From: Cycas panzhihuaensis
Lineage: Eukaryota; Plantae; Cycadophyta
Assembly: GCA_023213395.1 (NCBI GenBank)
Contig: CM041465.1
Coordinates: forward strand, 155,751,741-155,815,740
Direction: 5' to 3'
Length of the DNA: 64,000 nucleotides
The translations under genes were made by a program, and so were the position numbers. Shown piece after piece: positions 53,909 through 64,000 of the stretch. Below the pieces are notes generated by a model. That model was not told where the DNA came from. It did no database searches and saw only the letters and a list, made by a program, of their open reading frames with translations. Numbering within the stretch: the first letter of the stretch is position 1; each line of letters starts with the position of its first letter.

Positions 53909-56900
53909 TGATAGAGGAAAGGTGAAGATAGATGATGATTCTATCAAATTGATTAATAGGATTATAAACTATGGGCATGTAAATAATAAATCAGGAAAGC
54001 AAGGATTAACACACTACAACACTGCAAGTTGATTGCATGAAAGCACTATGGGTAAATTAGTTACACCATGTGATTGAATTTCAGTAAAGCTTCTGCGTAT
54101 ATCAAAAAGTCAATGTATAAATTGAGGGGACCGTGCTTAATTTATAAGCCAACGATGCCCAAATATAAATAATATGATTGGCCGACTTAACGGTAAGGGA
54201 GGCAGACCTAACCATAATACAAATTATAATTTAATTTACAAAAAGAGTCTCACTCTATGTTATAACAAGTACACAATACATGAAAAATATAATACAATGA
54301 AGTGTCATTAGATATTCTAACACCCTCCCTTAATGACAACTTCATTGGATTTGATGTTGAGGTCATACCAAAACCTTTCAAACTTCAGTTTGCCAAGTAC
54401 TTTGGTGAAGATATCTATAACCTGGTTTTCAGTTGGTCAGTATACAAGGTTAACTTCTCCGTTTTAAACATGCTCACAGACGAAGTAATGATGGACTTCT
54501 ATATGCTTGGTTCAAGATTGTTTGTCATCTTTGACACACTTTGGTTGTCACAAAAAAGAATGGTAGATGAAGTTTGTTGAAGTCTAAGCTCGACAAGAAT
54601 TTTACGTAGCCAAATCAATGTTGTAGTGGCATAAATGACTACTTTGTATTCAACTTTGGTGGAAACAATAGCAATATTAGGCTATTTTTTGTAGCTTCAG
54701 GAGATTACAACTGATTCTATGTCAAAACAGTATTCTGATGTTGAATGGCATGTGTTTTGGCAACTTGCCCGGTCAGCATTTGTGTATCCTTTTAGGCTAG
54801 GAGATTTAGTTTGATTGTAGTCAAGTCCAAACTGATGTGTACTGCAGAGTACTTGAAGATTCTGATGACAACCTTCCAATGGGATGCTTTGGGCTACGAC
54901 ATGTACCTGGAATAGATCTTAACTACATAAGCGATGTTTGGGTGAGTGTGAGTGAGGTAGATGAGGCTCCCGACTAACTATTGTTACAATGTGGAATCAA
55001 ATGACTTGCTTTGTTCATCCAAGTTGAGCTTGATCCCTATTTCCATTGGTATTGGTGAAGGCTTGTAGTTGGTCATTCTGAATTACTGCAAGATTTCATT
55101 GGAGTACTTGGATTGTGATAGGAATGTATGACCAAGTTCCTACGACACCTCAATGCCAATGAAGTAGTGTAACAACCCAAAATTTATCATCTCAAAATTG
55201 CTTTTTAATTTAGATTATAACCAAGCTATACCTCAATTGTCATTACCAGTGATGACCAAGTCGTCCATATAGAGAATAATGATTGTAATCAAGTTGCTTC
55301 TAATTTGAATATATAAATTTGAATAAGAGGGTGAACGAGTGAATCCATACTATGTTAAAAATGTATCAATCTTAGTATACCAGGCACATGGTGTCTACTT
55401 CAATCCATATAAGACTTTCTTGAGTTTGTAGATTAGGTGTTCTTTACCAGAAATAACATAATTGGGAGATTGCTTCAAGAAAACCTCTTCAGTAAGCTCT
55501 TTATTTAGAAAATCACTCTTCACATCCATTTGGTATACGTGCTAGTTGAATTCAGTTGCAAGAGACATAACCAAACAGAATGTGGTCAGGTTGGCCATCG
55601 ATGTAAATGTCTCATTATAGTCAATCCCATCTTGTTGTTTGAAACCTCTTGTAACTAGACGAACTTTATGATGCTCGATAGTGCTATCGACATGAAATTT
55701 GGTTTTGTAAGTTATCGACAATCAATTGACTTCTTTTTAGGTGGTAGTTCTGTTAGTCCTTATGTGTCATTCTTAGGGATAGAGATCATCCCTTCATCTA
55801 TTGTAGCTTTGAACATTTGGTCTCTGACTATTTCCTCAAACGTGGAAGACTTAAAGGTCTCAAGGACACGTGCTATTAAAGCACATTTGGTGGAGTGTCT
55901 TGTTAGAAAATAATTTGTAATGCACATTTGCTAGTGGTCGGCTTAGAATGGTTATGACTTGTAATACATATGCCAGTTATTAATAGTCGGCTCATAAATA
56001 ATTGTTTACTCATGAATTTATGAGTATTTAAATATATTGTAATTTGTATTGTTTTTTAATTGAATAAAAGGTATCTCACGATACTGTTTTCGATACTGAA
56101 GTTTTCGATGGTTGTTTGAATTGCAGATTCCTACATGGTATCAGAGCGAAGTTCGAAGAATTCTTCCATCTACGATGACATATTCATAATTTGATCGAGG
56201 AAGTCGTGGTCATTGAATTTTGATCGAGTACCGTCGATATTGCCATCTCTTCTCTGCTTCTACCCAACAAAGGTATTTTACTTTTATTTCGTATTTTATT
56301 TCAGTCTGTATCTTCCTTTATGCTGATTTATTTGCAATCTGTTCAGTAGTGATATTGAGTCATCTATTTCCTTTCTGATCTGATAAAGCTAAGCCTGAAT
56401 GATAATACTTCTTGGTATACTTCTTCTCCATCAGTTGGATTGATTTTCTGGCTTTGCCTATTTGCGTCAATCTCCTGCCTCTATTAATTGTGTTTGTACC
56501 ACTCTCTCTGGTCTGCCAATCTATCCATTTGCAATTATTGCATCGCTCTGCATTCTATCTGCATGAGATTGTGGTCGAACTTCATCTAGATCTCTGTATT
56601 TCCATTCATAACTGCCATTCTGCCCTAAATAATTGTTTATCTTCATCATTATTGCCTAAGTGTGGTGCGTGTTAACCTCAATCGCCTGTGTGTGGTGAGA
56701 CTTTGTCCTTTTCATGTACATTTAGTGTATTTCACTATAGCCTATGTATGACGTTCGTCTCTGTCTCTATGCGTAGTGTGTCTCGTGTTCTAGCCTTACG
56801 TTAAGGTTTTCCGTGTCTGTAGAATCTAGGTCAATCCACTACCCTAATCTGGTGCTCGGTTCCGTCTTGCACGTAGTGCAATTTCGTCGCCTATGTGTTC

Positions 56901-59900
56901 ACTATAGCTTATTGCGTAATACATTTCCGTAAGGTATCAAGCCATAATACATTTCCATACCCTAACGCCATATCCTTTCCTTCAGTTGACTATTTTCAAC
57001 TACTCTAATCTTCACTATTGCCATTCCGTTTCTTGATTAATTATTAGGACTATTCTAAGTCTTCATTTAGGTAAAGTCCAATTTAATTCATTCATTTTGA
57101 TTTATTTAAAATAGTTTCACTTGACATGGTTCAAGTTCATTGGTAATTGGTTGTCTTAAGTGTCTTCTTTATAGTATTTCATTTGATTGAGAATTTTGTT
57201 TAGTGGGTATTGTTAATCTCATATGTATTTTGCCTTTTGAAATCTAGTATGAGTCATTTTTTTGAGATTTATCTTGGTGATTGAAATTGTGTCCCAAACC
57301 ATCTACAATATTTTCTTCTTTTCAGTGTTCTTCTCTTCAATAGGGTTTTATTATCCACCTTATTAGAGCCTAGGAAGCATAGACAATGGCAGCATTTTAG
57401 ATTGGTCAATCTCTACTAAAATTCAATGGATCTGACTATCTTCCATGGTTAAGACAAATTCAAGTTGTTTTGCAATCAAAGGGTTTGTGGAATATTGTTT
57501 CTTGGGACCTCACTTTACCTCAACCAACTTCGCCTAACACGACATTGACACCTGATCAAGAGTTAGAAATGGAAGAACTTTTAAGGAAGGATAGTGAAGC
57601 CATCTCACTCATATATATGTCCGTAGATGGGCAAATATTCCCTCGCATATATGGTGCCTCTACCTCCTATGAAGCATGGAATATTTTAAGGACTTGTTAT
57701 GAAGGGGCTATACCTCAAAGACTTCAGAATCTAAGATTAAACTACGAAAATTTGAGGATGATGCCTACAGATTTAATTAATGAATTCATCACTAAGATGC
57801 AAGATCTTGTTAATCAAATGGTATATTTGGGAGAATAAATTTCTAAACAAAGAATGGTCAAAAAAATATTGAGAAGTATAAGTGAAATCAGTAAATTTGA
57901 AAATATTGCGACTACCATTGAAGTAACCAAGGACCTGTCTACTTTAAAGGTTGATCAATTGTTGTCTATATTACTCAATGTGGAAGAGAAATGTAAAAGC
58001 AAGGCTACAAATGAAGATTTGGATCAAGCTTTTGCATCAACTTCTAAGTTAAGGGAAATGGCTAAACTAAACCAAGAGTTGAATCGATCTCAAGAGGAAA
58101 ATGTATAATGAAATCTTCAGTTCTCAATAGGAAGATCAAAAGGATCCAATCAAGGAAGAAGCTGGAATTCCTCAGGTACAAATCAAGGAAGAGGTTGGAA
58201 CTCTATAGGATCAAGTTGGAATTCTTCACCGCTAGGTAGAGGTACGTCTCAAGGAAGAGGCAAGTATTATGGTTCTCAATGTTACCGATGTGGGAAATTT
58301 AGACATTTAGATAGAAACTGTTATTCAGCAAATACAATTACAGATATCCAAGATAATTCTTCTAAATGTGAGAGTTTATTCTATACTAGTCTAATGGCAA
58401 ATTCCTTGACAAATGATGAATGGTTTATTAACTCTGAATGCTTAACATATATGACTTACAATACTAGATCTTTTTAAAAAATCGATAAGGATCAGAAAGG
58501 GAAAGTTATATTTGGAGATGACAATACCCAAGAAGTTCAAGGAAGGGGAACTGTCTCCATTAAAACAAATGACAGAGAAAACAAGGATATTCACAGTGTT
58601 TTACTTGTTCCAGGATTAAAGAAAAATCTGTTGTCAGTTGGCCAAATGATGGAACAAAGATACAGGTTAGTATTTGATGATGGTGAATGCAAGATTTATG
58701 ATAAGAAAAGAAAATTTTCTTTGGTTGCTAAAGGAAAAATGACTGAAGATAGATTGTTCAAATTAGCTCTATGTCCTCAAAATGTTGCTTTGAACGCATC
58801 GGTTGATAATGATAGTATTCTATGGCATCTTCGTTATGGACATTTAAACTATGGTAACCTTATCAACCTGAGAAAGAAATGAATGGTTAGTGGTCTCACT
58901 TTTATTCAAAGCAACAATGATGTATGTGAAGGATGTATTTTTGGAAAACATTATAGAAACAATTTTCTTGAATCCAATTTTCAATCTCAAGCTCCATTGG
59001 AATTAGTTCATGTTGATTTATGTGGGCGCATGAAGAATGTATTACATGGAAAAGTAAGATATTTCATGATTTTGATTAATGATTTCACAAGAAAGATTTG
59101 GGTTTACTTCCTTAAGGAAAAATAAAAAATGTTCTTAAAATTTGTAGAGTTCAGAGTTATGTCTGAAAGATAAATTGGATTCAAAATAAAATTTCTTCAT
59201 TCAGATAATAGGGGAGAATTTATCTCCAATGACTTTAAGGATTTTTATAGCAAAGTCAGAATAAGAAGACAATTTACAACTCCTTATACTCCCCAGCAAA
59301 ATGGTGTAGCTGAAAGAAAAAATAAGGACCTTTACGGAAATGGCAAGATGTATGCTAAAAGGAAAAAGGTTAAATGACTCTTTTTGGGATGAAGTAATAA
59401 ATCTTCGCATATCTACTAAATAGAAGTTCAACCAAGGCATTGAAGGATGTGACTCCAGAGGAAGCATGGACAGGTAAGAGGCCTGATGTAAGCAATTTAA
59501 GAGTATTTGGTTGTATTGCTTATGCCCATATTACTGATCAGAAAAGAACAAAATTGGAAAGCAAAAGCATTAAGTGTATCTTTATAGGCTATTCAGTTGA
59601 GCAAATAGCCTATAGACATTATGATCCAATTGCAAAGGTTTTCTTTATGAGCAGAGATGTTATTTTTTATGAACATGGTGAATATAAGGGTGAGGATGAC
59701 AAAGGTAAGGAAATTTTGATTGAAATTGGGACCTCAGAAAAGAAGACAAATACAAATTCGATTGAAGATTCAAGCTCAAATCAATTGAATGAAAAGTATC
59801 TCACGATACCGTTTTCGATCTTGGAGTTCTCACTGGCTATTTGAGTTGCAGATTCCTACATGTCTCATTCTAGATTCTCTTTTGGGACTTATGGGAGGAA

Positions 59901-60140
59901 GAAATGTATCTTTTAGCAATTACTGTAGCCACTTAGGAGGTGGTTGAACACTGGTGACCTCCACATGAAAATCATCAGGAGATATAGGTGGCATGTTGTA
60001 GTGACATTTGAAGTGGATGTTGAGGCTACTGAAACCGAAGATGGACTTGGTGCGTAGGATAATGTGGGTGTTGTGAAAGACAAACTAGAGAAGATACAAA
60101 CACCAAAATCTATTGAAGAACGAAATAGGACATCGAAATA
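53909..60140 (-). mobile_element. Copia A (3' LTR ~53909-54322, PPT 54323-54331, RH-RT 54330-55900, linker 59866-60140), decayed; hosts Copia B and C
   Basis: TTCTAACA-CCCTCCCTT junction; LKGYTNAD..STSEYCF; LKKVLYGLK-like RT motif. The sequence resumes after the TSD at 59861 with the PKWLQ linker and DVLF. Confidence 0.85.
55901..59860 (+). mobile_element. Copia B, internally deleted (5' LTR 55901-56135, PBS 56136-56147, gag-PR-INT 57386-~59780, partial 3' LTR ~59783-59860), TSD TGTCT
   Basis: TGTCT at 55896-55900 and 59861-59865; both ends finish GCAGATTCCTACA. Gag LQSKGLW..EAWNIL; LWHLRYGHLN; integrase LVHVDLCG, LRVFGCIAY..KCIFIGYS. No RT/RH. Confidence 0.92.
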
Positions 60141-63100
60141 TGTAAGACTATGCACTTTAGATTGGTGAAAAAATGTAGTACAATACAAAAGATAATAGGG
60201 AGGAGCATTGCACTTTAACTCAACTTATCATAAACATAAGTGTGAAGGAAAATTCATCTCAACACTTCACTTACAAGAGACACTTACAATAGCATAACTC
60301 TAACTCCAAATACTACATCCAAAACATGAAAATATGGCTCCTTATAAAGGAGTTTGGACGATCAGGATCTCACCACAAGCCATTGATCAACACTAACAGA
60401 CAAATCTGATTAGGACTCTTCTATCTCTAAGGATAAGGATAGAGCCCACCAAAGTTGACTTCTCACAAGCACATTTGAGAAAAGTCACTACAAGACAAAA
60501 GATAATTTTATAATCAAACAAATGAACACTTTGGGATAAAGGCCTAAAGTGACAAAAATACTAATACCTATAGTCAAGACTTAATGCTTAGGAAATGAAG
60601 GTTCTAACACCCCCCCTGAATGGATACATCATTAAGTCGAATGCCAAGGCCACTTCTGAAATGCTCGAATTTCTCTTTCCCAAGTGGCTTAGTGAAGATG
60701 TCAGCTAGCTATTGGTCGGTTAGCTTGTAAACGAGGTCGATTTTACCTTGTTGCACATGTTCTCTAATGAAATGGTGATGGACCTCAATATACTTGGTAC
60801 ATGCATGAAATACCAGATTCTTGGCAATCTTGATAACACTCTGATTGTCATAATATAATGGTGTTAGGAGTGTTTATTCAAGTCCAAGCTCTTCAAGAAT
60901 TCGTCTGAGCCAAATAGCCTTACATGCTGCGCTGACAACAACTTTGTATTCTGCTTTAGTGGAGGAAAGCATAACATTTGGTTGCTTTTTGCAACTCCAT
61001 GAAATAATAACAAACCTAAGGTTGAAACAATAACCTGAGATGGATTTTCGGCTATCTTGGCATCCAGCCTAATCTGAATCTGAGAACCCTTCCAGTGTAA
61101 AGTTCTCATTTCATGTGTACTGAAGACCATACTGCAAAGTACCTTTGAGGTATCTGAGGATGCATTTTGTAGCATTCCAATGTCACTAATTGGGGCTGAT
61201 CATATATCTTGAACATATTCCAACCACGTATAAAATGTCAGGTCTAGTGTTAGTCAAGTAGATGAGACTACCCACTAGTTGCCTGAAAAGGGTGGAATCA
61301 ACAGGTTTTCCTTCTTCATTCATTAACAATTTAGTACCTATCTCCATGGGTGTTGATGAAGGTTCACAGTTTTCCATTCTGAATCGCTGCAAAATGTTCC
61401 ATGTATATTTGGTTTGAGAAATGAAAATGTGACATGGCTGCTGTCACACTTTCATGCTAAGGAAATAGTGAAGAAGTATGAGATCTGTCATCTCAAAACT
61501 TCTTTTCAAGTCCCTTTGGAGATGCTCAATCGGGTCAACATGATTGCCTATGATAATCAAATTATCAACATAAAGAACAACTAGAGTGATGTGCTAGTTT
61601 TGAACCTTGATATATAGGTTCGGATCTGATGCGGATCGATGAAAATTATGCTACAAAAAGTAGTCATCGATCTTTGAATACCAAGCACGTGGCGCTTATT
61701 TTAGGCCATATAAGGACTTTTTAAGGTGGCATACAAGATGTTCATTACCGACAGAAATATATCCAGGAGGTTGTTCTAGGTAGACCTCCTCAGTCAAATC
61801 GTCGTTGAGAAAGGTGCTTTTGACATCCATCTGATACAATGGCCACTTACATTGTGCAGCTAAGGCCATAACAATTATAATGGTATTCATATTGACTACT
61901 AGTGTAAATGTCTCAGTGCAGTCAATGCCTTTTTGCTATTTGAAACCTTTAGCAGTAAGGTGAGCCTTATGTCGCTCAATAGTACTATCAGACTTGTACT
62001 TGATTTTATAGATCCACTTACAACTGATGGCTTGTTTGCCAGGTGGTAACTCAACCAAGTCCCATGTGTCATTTTGATAAATGGAGTAGATCTCGTTATC
62101 CATGGTAGCCTGCCACTTTTCGTTTGTACATACCTCCTCAAAAGTGGAAGGCTCAGGCGCAGTAAGCACTTCAGCCATAAGTGCGTAATTGACAGTGGGC
62201 AATAGCCGTTTTGATAGATGTTTTCCTTCAATAATTTGTGATTATGCAATAGTTTGCATATACCACTTGGGTAGCTTCTTCGTCGATGTGGCTTCAATGT
62301 CCTGTGATGGAGGTGATTGCTGAACCTCAAAAGAAAAAGAAGGACACAATGAAGGAACTAAGAAAGATGAGGAGGAAGAAGAAGCAACAGGTGTAGATGA
62401 ATTACAAGGAGTTGAGGAAGCTGAAGGGACCGATTCTTCAAGAATGGCTTTGCCTTTATCAAGGGAGAGAGGAAAAGTGTTGACGTCGATCTTCCGATTG
62501 TCTTCTGCAAAGATAACGTCTCGTGAAGTATGTATCTTTTTAGTAAGGGGATCGAACACTTGATATGCTTCACTGCCAAGTGCACATCTAACAAAGATGC
62601 ATTTGAGACTTTTGTCATCGAATTTCCATCTTTACTCATGAGGAATGTTCATGTAGGCCGTGCATCTAAAAGTTCGTAAATGGTTGACCGTAGATTTCTG
62701 GCCAGTCCAGGCCTTCTCACGTGTCGTACCCGAAAGTGCAGAAGTCGAGCTACAGTTTGATAGATACACATAAGTAAGAAGTGCTTCTGCCTAATATGCT
62801 AATGTGAGACCTTTGGCATGCATCATAGCTTTTGCTCTACTAACCAAGGTTCTGTTCATCCTTTCTACCATACCATTCTGCTGTGGTATGTAAGGGGCAA
62901 AAAATTGACGTTTGATGCCATGTTGAATACATAATTAATTAAAATTCTTAGATGTATACTCACCACCATTATCTGTTTGGAGTATTTTGATGTGCATGCC
63001 TGATTCATTTTCAACCGCAAGTTTAAATTTGTTAAACTTATTTAAAGCTTCTGACTTATGCTTTAGAAAGTAGACCCATACTTTATGTGAGAAATCATCA

Positions 63101-64000
63101 ATGAATGCCATGAAGAATGATGATTCTCCATGAGACTGAGTGGTCATGGGACAACAAATGTCAGAATGTACAAGTTGTAGTAGATGCTATGCTCTCCAAA
63201 CCTTACCTTTCTCAAAAGGTTCACGATGTTGCTTCTCCAGAAGACATGATTCACAAAGGCAATTACTCCTAGAGATTTTGGGTAAGCCATAAACCAAATT
63301 TTGTCTGAACATCTTCCTGATGCTGTCAAGATTAAGATGTCTAAGTCTTTCATGCCATAGTTGAGTCTTATTTGTGGAATGGGAGACATATGCATGAGAT
63401 GATCTAGATGTTGTATCTAATTTATAGAGGCCATGATCTTCATGACCAACTGCAACTATCTAGTTGTCTTTGTTCCTGATGATACACTTTCTGTATTTAA
63501 ATAGCACACTCATTTGCTGCTTATTAAGGTGACTAACAGAAAGTAAATTTTTGGGCATTTTAGGAACTAGGAAAACATTCTCACTAGGAAATGTAGAATG
63601 CTAATTGTGAGGTGTAATTTGACCTACACCTGATATTTTGACAGTGGCATTATCTCCAAATGTCACTGTTTCTCCCTGATATTCTTAAAAATTTGACAAT
63701 ATTTTTGCATCACCTGTCATGTGGCGTGTTGCACTAGATTCAATGATCCAAGTATTATTATTATGACTGCCACTATATACAAAAAAAATCATGTCACTTG
63801 GATCATATTGTGTTGTGTGGCCTTGAAAACTACCACGATTTGTCATTCTTTGGCGACCACCTCAGAATGTACCTTGAGTTGGTCCTTATTACTGCTGACA
63901 ATATTGACGTTGCTACTACTGCTGATACTGATTCTATTACTACTGATGATGATTCTGTTGACGTTGAATTTGTTGTTGTTGTGGTTGTTGCAAGTCATGT
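60141..64000 (-). mobile_element. Copia C (3' LTR 60141-60609, PPT 60610-60620, RH-RT-INT-PR), runs off the window
   Basis: TTCTAACA-CCCCCCCTGA junction. RT QMDVKSTFL, LKKSLYGLK, NDTWDLVELPPGKQAISCKWIYK; integrase FIDDFSHKVWVYFLK, DNGGEY; protease WIIESSATRHM. Confidence 0.92.

Overview
Land-plant nuclear DNA; heavy CG/CHG decay of the repeats hints at a fern, lycophyte or gymnosperm, but the species cannot be identified from this sequence. There is one intact gene, a 15-exon alanine aminotransferase (AlaAT; + strand, 30412-45622, 522 aa, all introns GT-AG), with a GC/CpG-rich promoter. Decayed, nested LTR retrotransposons flank it. Left side: a Tat/Ogre-type Gypsy integrase plus a long 3' region carrying an antisense Plant-Mobile-Domain-like pseudo-ORF and a repeated hammerhead-like motif; then a chromovirus Gypsy split by a 5.1-kb composite insertion. 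That composite has a Copia LTR at one end and a tiny TRIM LTR at the other, yet is bounded by a single AAGAA target-site duplication (TSD), and it contains a ~600-bp inverted TRIM dimer. Right side: an L1 3' fragment and a CRM-like Gypsy containing a Copia, which itself contains two more Copias. All protein and family assignments come from manual translation and recall of family motifs; no database search was run.
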